64,000 nucleotides of DNA from positions 38,077-102,076 of the forward strand of contig CBDHHL010000045.1 in assembly GCA_965263355.1 (NCBI GenBank). The letters are read 5' to 3'. Below the pieces are notes generated by a model. It worked only from the letters and a program-made list of their open reading frames with translations, did no database searches and had not been told where the DNA came from. This DNA comes from Leptolyngbyaceae cyanobacterium (GTDB lineage Bacteria > Cyanobacteriota > Cyanobacteriia > Phormidesmidales > Phormidesmidaceae). Below are positions 8,956-16,993 of this stretch, piece after piece (within the stretch, counting starts at the first letter, position 1; every line of letters starts with the position of its first letter). The position numbers and the translations under genes were made by a program.

Positions 8956-10311
8956 ATGAAGATGAAAAAACCCACAAAAATCATCCGTACCGACAAATGG
9001 ACGCTTAATCCAACCACTGAACAGCGCCTGCTGTTTGGTGAAACGATTAAGATCTATCGTCGTGTGTGTCGGTATTTAGTGGGTATTGTCTTTACGCACT
9101 GGCCAGAGCTAGCACCGCTCACGGCAGATGAGAGAACATCAGCGGTTGAGCGTCTAATGCACGCAACCAGCAACCGCCCAGACGTGAAATACCCGCAAAT
9201 CAACCGGGTGTTTCATAAGTTCCCCAGCTACTACCGTAGAGCCGCTATCACTTTCGCGATTGGCCAGGTTAGTAGCTACATGACCCGGTATCGTGACTGG
9301 CAGTGCGGGCAATCTCGCAAACGTCGAGATGCTAAACCCCCATTGCTAAACCCTGATGCTGGGTGCTATCCAGCGCTGTACAAAGGGCAGTGCTACAAGC
9401 TGCATGGCTTAGACAAGGTTGAGATCAAGGTGTTCACCGGGTCTGATTGGGTTTGGACGATGGTTCAAATCACAGGGCTTAGGGATCGCCATGAGATAGC
9501 AGGTAACAAAATGCTGTCACCGTCACTCATTCTCAATGCTAAGTCATGTCATTTATCGGTTCCGTTTCATTGCAAGCCAGTAAAGCGGAACCCTGACAAA
9601 AATGTGGTTGCTGTAGACCTTGGAATAAATACTACAGCTACAGTTTCAGTCGTAACCCATTGCGGTACTGTAATCTATCGTGAATTTATTCACCCTGGAA
9701 GAGACATAGACCGTCGTGACAAACGCCTAAAGTCTGTATCAATGAGAGCCAACAAGACGATGGGGAAAGGCGGCAAACTCCATAAAGGATTTTGCTCTAA
9801 CACCTATCGTAAATGTCGGAACATCAACACCCAGATTGGCCACATCGTTTCTAGGCGAATAGTTAACATAGCCAAAGACCACAACTCTGAAGCTATTGTC
9901 TTTGAGAACTTAAAAGGATGGAAACCTAAGGGCGGCAAAAAGCGCTCTAACCTCCGTCAGCGGTTCCACGGATGGCTCAAAAGCAAGATTCGCGATTATA
10001 CCGAAATGAAGTGGAAGGAACTTGGTGGCAAAGTCATAGATATCGTTGCCGCCTACACTTCGAAGCTTGCTTATGATGGCTCTGGAGTCGTGAAGCGTGA
10101 CTCTAAAAACTACGCTTTAGCAAAATTTTCTTCTGGCAAGCGGTATAACTGCGACCTCAATGGGAGTCAAAACATCGCAGCTAGAGGAATTCTTAAGCTC
10201 ACTGACCGAAAGGATCGTGAGTTCCGCTCTAGCAAAAGTTCTAGACGGAAGCCCGGAAGCTGGGCTTGCTTATGTGACCTGTGGGTTAGGGATAACCTCA
10301 AGTTAGCATAA
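8956..10311 (+). CDS. tnpB: IS200/IS605-family RNA-guided endonuclease TnpB
   Basis: RuvC-I VAVDLGIN, RuvC-II IVFENL, RuvC-III NCDLNGSQNI. Catalytic D/E/D intact; no Cys4 zinc finger. Confidence 0.9.
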   Translation: MKMKKPTKIIRTDKWTLNPTTEQRLLFGETIKIYRRVCRYLVGIVFTHWPELAPLTADERTSAVERLMHATSNRPDVKYPQINRVFHKFPSYYRRAAITFAIGQVSSYMTRYRDWQCGQSRKRRDAKPPLLNPDAGCYPALYKGQCYKLHGLDKVEIKVFTGSDWVWTMVQITGLRDRHEIAGNKMLSPSLILNAKSCHLSVPFHCKPVKRNPDKNVVAVDLGINTTATVSVVTHCGTVIYREFIHPGRDIDRRDKRLKSVSMRANKTMGKGGKLHKGFCSNTYRKCRNINTQIGHIVSRRIVNIAKDHNSEAIVFENLKGWKPKGGKKRSNLRQRFHGWLKSKIRDYTEMKWKELGGKVIDIVAAYTSKLAYDGSGVVKRDSKNYALAKFSSGKRYNCDLNGSQNIAARGILKLTDRKDREFRSSKSSRRKPGSWACLCDLWVRDNLKLA

Positions 10312-10346
10312 GACACCCCCATCCTCTTTAAGGTGGGGGAGCTTCA
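8958..10346 (+). mobile_element. non-autonomous IS200/IS605 (tnpB-only) element
   Basis: Right-end hairpin CCCCCATCCT..AGGTGGGGG followed by AGCTTCA (ends 10346). No tnpA. Left boundary inferred after CCAT 8954-8957. Confidence 0.6.
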
Positions 10347-10567
10347 TTTGTCAAAGGGTTAGCAATGAACCTGACAAGACACTTCGCATCCAGGGCATAA
10401 TCGATCCAGGGATGGCAGCCGCTATTCGTTCCTATATGACGTTGGCTGGGGTCGACTCGCCAACATCAGCAGCGATCACGTTGCTCAGGAATTATTTATA
10501 TAGTTCCGAGTATCAAAAGTATTTAGATAATGTAGCGTCACATCCACGAGATGACATTAGATCATGA
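10347..10567 (+). pseudogene. 3' part of an RHH-like gene interrupted by the tnpB element
   Basis: Open frame CQRVSNEPDKTLRIQGIIDPGMAAAIRSY..SPTSAAITLLRNYL ends in an ATGA overlap with 10564. Joins in frame to ATG 8930/8951 if 8958-10346 is removed. Confidence 0.5.
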
Positions 10568-11283
10568 AAAATGATAGTTTAACACTACAGCTAGTGCGTA
10601 TCCCTGGGGGCGTCTTTCTCATGGGATCGCCAGAGGATGAACCGGAGCGTTATGAGGACGAAGGCCCACAGCATGGGGTAACGGTGGAATCGTTTCTAAT
10701 GGGCAAGTATCCAGTAACTCAAGCCGAATGGCGGGCGGTTGCAGCACTACCCCAAGTAGAACGCAATCTAGATGCTGATCCATCGTATTTTAAGGGCGAT
10801 GACTGTCCTGTAGAGCAAGTATCTTGGTATGAGGCGATGGAATTTTGTGCTCGATTATCGGCCCACACAGGTCGTGAGTATCGCTTGCCTACTGAAGCCG
10901 AGTGGGAATATGCCTGTCGTGCTGGTACAACCACTCGCTATCACTTTGGCGATACCTTAACGTCAGAGCTAGCTAATTACGATGCTAATCAGACAACGGA
11001 GGTAGGTAGCTGTCCTCCCAATGCCTTTGGCTTGTACGACATGCATGGCAATGTCTGGGAGTGGTGTCAGGATCATTGGCATAAGAATTACAAGGGGGCA
11101 CCAACGGATGGAAGCCCTTGGCTGACAAAGGATTCAGATGCATATCGGGTACTGCGCGGCGGCTCGTGGTACTTCATTCCTAGGATTTGTCGCTCCGCCT
11201 CGCGCAACGACGATCGACCCGGCAACCGCAACTTCTATATCGGTTTTCGAGTTGTTGCCAACGTTGCCGACAGAGAGATGTGA
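10564..11283 (+). CDS. formylglycine-generating enzyme (FGE/SUMF1, C-type lectin fold) family protein
   Basis: IPGGVFLMGS, RLPTEAEWEYACRAG, PNAFGLYDMHGNVWEW, RVLRGGSW, IGFRVV. Confidence 0.92.
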   Translation: MKNDSLTLQLVRIPGGVFLMGSPEDEPERYEDEGPQHGVTVESFLMGKYPVTQAEWRAVAALPQVERNLDADPSYFKGDDCPVEQVSWYEAMEFCARLSAHTGREYRLPTEAEWEYACRAGTTTRYHFGDTLTSELANYDANQTTEVGSCPPNAFGLYDMHGNVWEWCQDHWHKNYKGAPTDGSPWLTKDSDAYRVLRGGSWYFIPRICRSASRNDDRPGNRNFYIGFRVVANVADREM

Positions 11284-11349
11284 TCGCTCTACTGGCATAA
11301 AACGGCCTAGGGGAAGGCCAAGATGTAAATCATAATGAGGGAATAACCA

Positions 11350-11613
11350 ATGAACGCTTACGACTATTACTTAAAACACTTCAGAGACGAGCTAGGTTTC
11401 ACTCAAAGCCAGTCGGTGAAGGCTATCGGCATCTGTGAAAAAGCTTCAGAACAAACAAGCAGGACCTGCGGAAGCTTTGTATTCGCAAGCTCTGAATTAG
11501 CTAGATTGTTCAGAGTATTCCCATCGCAAAAGATGCTTCTAGAGCTTAGTCAGTTTGCAATGGCAGCGAATATATCTATGTCGTCTTTTATCCGTTTATC
11601 GACAGAAATATAA
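11350..11613 (+). CDS. hypothetical protein
   Basis: GAGG Shine-Dalgarno; operonic. Confidence 0.6.
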   Translation: MNAYDYYLKHFRDELGFTQSQSVKAIGICEKASEQTSRTCGSFVFASSELARLFRVFPSQKMLLELSQFAMAANISMSSFIRLSTEI

Positions 11614-11616
11614 TCC

Positions 11617-11964
11617 ATGATCCACACACTGAACGAGTTAAGAATTGAATCGACTGAGAACTCAACTGAGTTAGAGATCGTGTTGCGTCAAAGCAACAGC
11701 TGCCTAACAATCAGCGCCAGCTCAACTCAGAGGGGACTTGCCTGGGCGTTTGCGTCTTGTTTAAGCGAACTGATTGGGACTGACGTAGAGGTCCAGGTCA
11801 CTGAAACCAATGTCTTGATTGGCGAATGTCTGCTGCCTGGGGATGCGCTTAGTTGGTTGACGACACTGGAGGAAACCATGAGCACGGGATTCTTGACTAG
11901 GAGAGAGAACAGAATTATCCCAGAGGCATGGAAAGATAGTTTTGCTGTATATGAGGACAGTTGA
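11617..11964 (+). CDS. hypothetical protein
   Basis: Operonic spacing. Confidence 0.6.
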   Translation: MIHTLNELRIESTENSTELEIVLRQSNSCLTISASSTQRGLAWAFASCLSELIGTDVEVQVTETNVLIGECLLPGDALSWLTTLEETMSTGFLTRRENRIIPEAWKDSFAVYEDS

Positions 11965-11967
11965 ATA

Positions 11968-12279
11968 ATGAAAAAATTACCTGATGATCAATCATTTCCT
12001 TGCATTTTCATTGTCAGACAAAATGGCCCTAAGGGCTCTTGGTACGAAAAAGGATGCGTAGGTCAGTCTTTTAGAGGGCTTTACGCCAGCCACCACAAAG
12101 AAGACACAAATATTTTGCTAACCAGTGAACGGCTCCTGGATGATGAACAGGGGATCGACTGTCCGCACGCTGGCTGGGTTTATTCAAAGGATGCCGACGT
12201 TGTTATGTGGACATCGCGACCCATTCCTAACGCAGAGTATCGAGAGGGGCTGTCAGGACTTCAGTTAGAGGTGAAATGA
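11968..12279 (+). CDS. hypothetical protein
   Basis: Operonic spacing. Confidence 0.6.
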   Translation: MKKLPDDQSFPCIFIVRQNGPKGSWYEKGCVGQSFRGLYASHHKEDTNILLTSERLLDDEQGIDCPHAGWVYSKDADVVMWTSRPIPNAEYREGLSGLQLEVK

Positions 12280-12470
12280 ATAATGAATGAAGACGAGTTG
12301 ATCGCTTTAACTGAGAGTGCTATTTTTTCATTAAAGCTTTGTGCTGAAGCATAGCCAAAATCTTTATATAAAGCAGTCCAGCCTCCCCGCATTAGAACCC
12401 ACTTACTTAGTAATTTATATGGATTCTCGACTGCATCTAACAGTTGCTGAGGTGTGATCTCTTGGCTCAT
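12261..12470 (-). pseudogene. internally deleted paralog of 38858..39142 (small HTH-like protein)
   Basis: MSQEITPQQLLDAVENPYKLLSKW nearly identical to the other copy but lacks about 100 nt after QSFNE. Confidence 0.6.
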
Positions 12471-12568
12471 GTGCCTCAATAAAATTATTGATTACTATCA
12501 AAAGATAAGCGACTAAAGATAATTTGTCAAATCCTCAATAAAAGTGTTGACACTCAAAAATGTAGCGT
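12312..12568 (-). repeat. dispersed inverted repeat, copy A (divergent promoters + small HTH gene)
   Basis: Reverse complement aligns with 38760-39122. Confidence 0.9.
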
Positions 12569-12575
12569 ATACAAT
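12547..12575 (+). promoter_or_regulatory. sigma70-type promoter
   Basis: TTGACA-N17-TACAAT just upstream of 12589. Confidence 0.8.
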
Positions 12576-12588
12576 CAGGGCAAGTTAA

Positions 12589-13017
12589 GTGAGTAATGAG
12601 GTTTTTAAGATGGCAATCCAAGCGATAATTAGAGACGAGTCAGAGCATCAATGGTATTTGATGAATGAAAAGATTCCCGATTATCGGGACGAAAATCCCC
12701 AACATATAAATAACTGGCATAAGTTCAGGCATTATCACTGTGAAGGTGACGGCAGGTTAGTTGGGTCAAGGCGAAAAAATATTTTTAAGTGGTTTACGAT
12801 TCACGAACAACTGACTGATAGTGCGCTGAGAGCGCATAAAGAAGACGATGAATGGGGCGATCAATGCTATGTAGTCTGTCTATTTGACAGCTTGCAAGAT
12901 ATAAGTAATCGTGTGATGGATTCAAAAAATCCTCTTTTTCAGGAAGAGTTTTCAGATCTTTGTGCGGCTAACGCTTATATAAATTCACTGTTTTCAGAGG
13001 AAAACAGAATTGGCTAA
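12589..13017 (+). CDS. hypothetical early protein
   Basis: ORF behind a near-consensus promoter. Confidence 0.65.
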   Translation: MSNEVFKMAIQAIIRDESEHQWYLMNEKIPDYRDENPQHINNWHKFRHYHCEGDGRLVGSRRKNIFKWFTIHEQLTDSALRAHKEDDEWGDQCYVVCLFDSLQDISNRVMDSKNPLFQEEFSDLCAANAYINSLFSEENRIG

Positions 13018-13122
13018 GGCCCCGCTTTCTGCGGTGGGAGCATGTCAATCATTGAGCCTTAATAAACCCGCTGCCAACCTAGACATCTTATATCGCGAAA
13101 GCAGCGGGCATACACACATTAT

Positions 13123-13156
13123 AAAGGCTCAGGATTTTATAAAATCCTGAGCCTTT
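13123..13156. terminator. perfect 34-bp palindrome, likely bidirectional terminator
   Basis: AAAGGCTCAGGATTTTA|TAAAATCCTGAGCCTTT between convergent genes. Confidence 0.75.
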
Positions 13157-13161
13157 TAGCA

Positions 13162-13296
13162 TTAAACCTTAGTAATTGTCGCCCCTGGATTATCGGCTTT
13201 TGCCTCTCTCAATGCTTGATCATAATCTTGGTAAACGTATTCAACCGTTGGACCATTATTTATCTTGAACTTGAACGTCTGTAGCTTCTGCTTCAT
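13162..13296 (-). CDS. small hypothetical protein (44 aa)
   Basis: MKQKLQTFKFKINNGPTVEY...; ends at the palindrome. Confidence 0.4.
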   Translation of the reverse strand: MKQKLQTFKFKINNGPTVEYVYQDYDQALREAKADNPGATITKV

Positions 13297-13432
13297 AATC
13301 TTGACTCTTGCCGAACATTTCTAATAACAATTTTTCTCGTGATACCCCTGATTGTTTTTGAGCTTTTTTAGCCGCTTCCGCAAGCGCTAAATCTATGCTT
13401 CTATCTGCAATTAGACTGCTTAATATTTCCAT
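13256..13432 (-). CDS. small hypothetical protein (58 aa)
   Basis: AAGGA Shine-Dalgarno; MEILSSLIADRSIDLALAEAAKK. Confidence 0.45.
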   Translation of the reverse strand: MEILSSLIADRSIDLALAEAAKKAQKQSGVSREKLLLEMFGKSQDYEAEATDVQVQDK

Positions 13433-13444
13433 GAATTCCTTCGT

Positions 13445-13636
13445 TTACAGCGTTCCAAGATATTCTCCCGTCGCTATAGCGACAACAATCTCACGTTGTT
13501 CTTGAGTCTCGACCGGCATTTTTGTTATGGCTGCATACTGACGGATTGCCAGGTTTAGCGCCGTTGGCTCTGTGGCTGTAGCGATCGTTTTAGCTACAAA
13601 TTCTCGCCATTCTTTAGAACTAAGGACTTTAGCCAT
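13445..13636 (-). CDS. hypothetical protein
   Basis: Overlapping operon arrangement. Confidence 0.55.
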   Translation of the reverse strand: MAKVLSSKEWREFVAKTIATATEPTALNLAIRQYAAITKMPVETQEQREIVVAIATGEYLGTL

Positions 13637-13841
13637 GATTAGTTAATGCTTGCAAAATTTTCATTTTTGTCTCATCATCAACACCTTGAAGTTGATCAAC
13701 TAAATCAGGCATCAACAAATCAATTTTTTCTTGCTTGCTTAACCCTGTCGGCAGGGTCGGCCTAGTAGCTGTCAAAAGCTTTTTATTAATTGGCCTTCTT
13801 TCTTTTGGTTGCCATGCTTCAATCGTCATGATCAACCCCAA
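13629..13841 (-). CDS. hypothetical protein
   Basis: Overlapping operon arrangement. Confidence 0.55.
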   Translation of the reverse strand: MGLIMTIEAWQPKERRPINKKLLTATRPTLPTGLSKQEKIDLLMPDLVDQLQGVDDETKMKILQALTNHG

Positions 13842-14005
13842 TTACTAGAAACGCGTTGCATTAACCCAGACATAACCACTTTTGCGTACCAATCTGGGGG
13901 ATATTCTTGCCCCCTGGCCTTTTTGATGTCGTCACAGACTTTATTCCAATCATCCTCAGTCGCAGCTTCACGCAAAGACTGAATCTCTTTTTCGGTGATA
14001 TTCAT
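13832..14005 (-). CDS. hypothetical phage protein (start re-called at MNITEKE)
   Basis: GGAG Shine-Dalgarno before ATG 14005; the longer track ORF overlaps the tRNA-like gene. Confidence 0.6.
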   Translation of the reverse strand: MNITEKEIQSLREAATEDDWNKVCDDIKKARGQEYPPDWYAKVVMSGLMQRVSSNWG

Positions 14006-14044
14006 ATTATTTTCTCCGTTGTCAACTTCCTTTTTTTCAGGGAA

Positions 14045-14140
14045 AGCGCTCTGCAGGATTTGAACCCACAACTTTCCGTGTTGATGCCTTAATCTAGAAT
14101 CAGGCGATCGCGGGTGTTCTACCAATTGAACTAAGAGCGC
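14045..14140 (-). tRNA. tRNA-like RNA with canonical acceptor/D/T arms and an elongated anticodon arm (apical CTA)
   Basis: Acceptor GCGCTCT/AGAGCGC; D arm GTTC-AATTGGTA-GAAC; T arm GTGGG-TTCAAAT-CCTGC; 40-nt anticodon arm; no encoded CCA. Confidence 0.75.
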
Positions 14141-14193
14141 AAGGCTGGACATTGAGTCCAGCGACTAAGGTTATTCTGTTACTTCTTGAATAA

Positions 14194-14424
14194 TTAGTTC
14201 CATCCTCCAATATCTAAAACTGGTCCATTATAATTTGAATTTTTCAACTCTTTATAAGCTGGTTGGCAAGTGTCAAACCAGTGGGAATAAGAAACAACAC
14301 TAAAACAGTTTTTCGTAGCTTGCTGCATCTCCCCCACACCTTGCACTCCATTGACGAAGCCTGGTAGGTTCCCGTGCTTTGCCCTTATTTCTTGAAGATG
14401 CTTAATCATGTCGTCTAAATTCAT
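14194..14424 (-). CDS. hypothetical phage protein
   Basis: MNLDDMIKHLQEIRAKHGNLP, a common phage small-protein pattern; GAGGA Shine-Dalgarno. Confidence 0.65.
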   Translation of the reverse strand: MNLDDMIKHLQEIRAKHGNLPGFVNGVQGVGEMQQATKNCFSVVSYSHWFDTCQPAYKELKNSNYNGPVLDIGGWN

Positions 14425-14645
14425 TGGTCATCCTCCTCGCAATAAACGTCTATCCTTGGCCAAAGAACAACATACAAAGCAGTTAATACAAGGGATGCCG
14501 CCAAGATTACGATCCCTATCCGCAGAAGTTGTTTATAATCTTCGATCGCTTCCTCGTGAGTCGCGAAACATCGGTCAGATACTAAAAACTTTGTCTTCTA
14601 GGTCCAAAAACCGTCTGAAGACTGGAAATATGTAACTTGATCCAC
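14421..14645 (-). pseudogene. small membrane protein gene with in-frame TAG at 14598-14600
   Basis: GTG start with AGGA Shine-Dalgarno; VDQVTYFQSSDGFWT*KTKF..TM..EEDDQ; TGA overlaps the next ATG. Confidence 0.5.
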
Positions 14646-14665
14646 TGCTACAATTCCTATTCGTT

Positions 14666-14992
14666 TTACTGATCAGAAAAAGCTAAATGTATTTTCAGTA
14701 AATCTGAAAGATGTTGTTTTTCAATTTCTAGAAGAGCTTTTTCGTTATTTTTTTGACACAATTCAGCGTCGAGATTGATATATTCTTCGTTTGTGCTTGT
14801 TAGATGGCTTAATGCAGCTTTGCGAGCGTCTGCATTTTTTAACGTTTTATCACTATTAACTTCCTGGCTTAATTCAGCAAGCTTTAGTGACATCGCTTTA
14901 TTGATGCCAGTAATTAGAATAGATGCCGCTAATATATCTAACCTAATCTGACGCAAGTTATCAGCTAGATCAATGCATTCGTTTTTCATCAC
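14666..14992 (-). CDS. coiled-coil hypothetical protein
   Basis: LKNADARKAA motif, heptad repeats. Confidence 0.65.
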   Translation of the reverse strand: MMKNECIDLADNLRQIRLDILAASILITGINKAMSLKLAELSQEVNSDKTLKNADARKAALSHLTSTNEEYINLDAELCQKNNEKALLEIEKQHLSDLLKIHLAFSDQ

Positions 14993-15249
14993 AATTCCTC
15001 TCTTAGTTGTTCAATAAACTCTCTAATGCCTTGTTCATTCCTGGTGTAATCGACGAAACTCGACCGTCTTACACCAGTCACAAGACCCGCAGCTTCTAAC
15101 TGCCTCAAATGCCTAGAAGCCGTAGGATGATGCACCCCTAACGCGATCGCAACCTGACCGCTAGTGAGCACGCCTTGTCTTTTCAGCACTTGCATCACTT
15201 CTAGTCGGCCAGGGTTAGCAAGCGCTGAAAGACAATCATGTACGCTCAC
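14989..15249 (-). CDS. ArsR/SmtB-family winged HTH regulator
   Basis: ALANPGRLEVM..ASRHLRQLEAAGLV; start re-called at GTG 15249. Confidence 0.85.
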   Translation of the reverse strand: MSVHDCLSALANPGRLEVMQVLKRQGVLTSGQVAIALGVHHPTASRHLRQLEAAGLVTGVRRSSFVDYTRNEQGIREFIEQLREEL

Positions 15250-15472
15250 AAAGAATCTCAGCTGCCTTTTTAGACAACTGTTCGAAACTGCCGTAATACA
15301 ACGTCTGATGGTTTGAATACCCCAAGTCAAGGCAATACTTACTTGTGATAACAGGGTTCCAATTAAGTTCTATGTGCCCCTGGTAGCCTTTCTCTGGCAG
15401 ATAAATAGACCAGGAATCGTCCCCCATCTTTTTTAACGTCATTTTCCTTTTTTGGAAAGTGTTCAATTCCAA
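15236..15472 (-). CDS. hypothetical protein
   Basis: Operonic ORF. Confidence 0.5.
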   Translation of the reverse strand: MELNTFQKRKMTLKKMGDDSWSIYLPEKGYQGHIELNWNPVITSKYCLDLGYSNHQTLYYGSFEQLSKKAAEILCERT

Positions 15473-15502
15473 TTATGGATGTTACTTCCAAATCTGTCAA
15501 CA

Positions 15503-15856
15503 CTAAATTGCCGCAAATTGTTTAATTGATTGATTAATCTGCTCTCGCTTCTGCCAAAGGCTGCCTAGCCTTTTGGACTGTTTTTTCTCTAGCCAAACAC
15601 CATGCTCAAGATAGTAGCTAATTTCATGAGCCTTTAGCCCTCTATGGGCCAAAATCTTTTCTAATGCCTGAAAAGAAAAGTCGTCTAGTTGCTTAACATA
15701 ATTGCCAGAACGCCAAGCCGCAATTGTTTGATGACTTGCTAGTCCATCGCAGCGATCGCTTAGGTCTCGAACCGTTGCATCAATTCCAGCTGCTTTAAGT
15801 ATCTTTTTCGATAGCAGCTCTGATAATCTTTGTTTATATTGCGTTGATGCTCTCAT
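15503..15856 (-). CDS. putative XRE-like HTH protein
   Basis: TVRDLSDRC..SHQTIAAWRSG. Confidence 0.55.
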   Translation of the reverse strand: MRASTQYKQRLSELLSKKILKAAGIDATVRDLSDRCDGLASHQTIAAWRSGNYVKQLDDFSFQALEKILAHRGLKAHEISYYLEHGVWLEKKQSKRLGSLWQKREQINQSIKQFAAI

Positions 15857-15866
15857 GGCCGTTAAA

Positions 15867-16718
15867 CTATGAAACTAAAACTTTCAGGCTAATTATTTCG
15901 ATGGGGGGAAGTGCCCCTAGTGACAACATACCCTGCTTACATTCATAAGCAAGGCTCAAATCAGGCTTACTTGCTAAATTTACTCCTCTGTAAATAGTAT
16001 TTACAGATTCCTTTGATTCTAGGATATCAAATTGTTTGGGAGGTCGCAGTAAATCAATTAAGTATTTTGCTGAACCATCGCTTAAGTTATCGGCTTTATC
16101 GCCGACTGCTATTTTCCATCGCCAAACATCATCACATCTAAATGATTGATAGCTAGGCAATGCCCACCATTTCTGACGTTTCTTAGATTGCTGGTTCCAT
16201 TTGCTACACAACCAATTAAATATCTCTTCTCGGCTTCGAACCCGTGGAGGATGGTTGCGAGTATTTAGCCAAAAAATATCAGGCTCTTGAACTAAGCCAT
16301 GCCAGTCACTATCAACGGTGGCCAAATAAATCTGATCGATCAATCCTGAGCTGCTATTTAGCCATAGCCGAACAATAGCAGCGGCTACGTCGTCGGCTTC
16401 TTGTGATTTTATATCAATCAAAGAAGCACTGCTGCTTAATATGCCCTCCATCGCAGTATGGAATGATGCGGGTTTAGGTTTGCGGCCTGCTTTGTAATCG
16501 GGGAATAGCTGATTACGCCAGTAGGGCTTAGAGTCAATTGCCCAAACGCATTTACCAGTTGATTGCAACGCGGGAATCCAGCCTAGTGAATTAACCCATT
16601 CTGCCGCCATGTAGGCGTAGGCTTTAGCATTAGCTTCGGTTAGACTCGCCTTGTCAATCTGTGCCGACATTTGGAAGGCGATCACAGACGTATCAACAAC
16701 AATTAGGTTATTCATCAT
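15867..16718 (-). CDS. 5'-3' exonuclease / T4 RNase H-like flap nuclease
   Basis: VVD, DSKPYWR..YKAGRK, EADD, TVDSD, GDKADN motifs. Confidence 0.85.
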   Translation of the reverse strand: MMNNLIVVDTSVIAFQMSAQIDKASLTEANAKAYAYMAAEWVNSLGWIPALQSTGKCVWAIDSKPYWRNQLFPDYKAGRKPKPASFHTAMEGILSSSASLIDIKSQEADDVAAAIVRLWLNSSSGLIDQIYLATVDSDWHGLVQEPDIFWLNTRNHPPRVRSREEIFNWLCSKWNQQSKKRQKWWALPSYQSFRCDDVWRWKIAVGDKADNLSDGSAKYLIDLLRPPKQFDILESKESVNTIYRGVNLASKPDLSLAYECKQGMLSLGALPPIEIISLKVLVS

Positions 16719-16993
16719 TAAAAAAATATTTTTGGACTATTTTGATCCAGCTTCCAAGTACTTGGGATTAATGCAGGGCCGCCATCGCTCCAACCGACAG
16801 GGATGACAGGAAAGGAGCACTCAGAAGCTTTGCAACTATTACTTAACGGGTTCCCCTGCATCAAAGCTGACGGTCTATAACCAGGAAAAACGGCCCAGAT
16901 AAACCCATCAGCACGAGAAAATACAAGGTAGTAGTGACCGAGAATATTGACATAATCACCAATATTGCCGCGTAGATTGAATTTCACGATCAA
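16718..16993 (-). CDS. hypothetical protein
   Basis: Overlaps both neighbours. Confidence 0.5.
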   Translation of the reverse strand: MIVKFNLRGNIGDYVNILGHYYLVFSRADGFIWAVFPGYRPSALMQGNPLSNSCKASECSFPVIPVGWSDGGPALIPSTWKLDQNSPKIFF

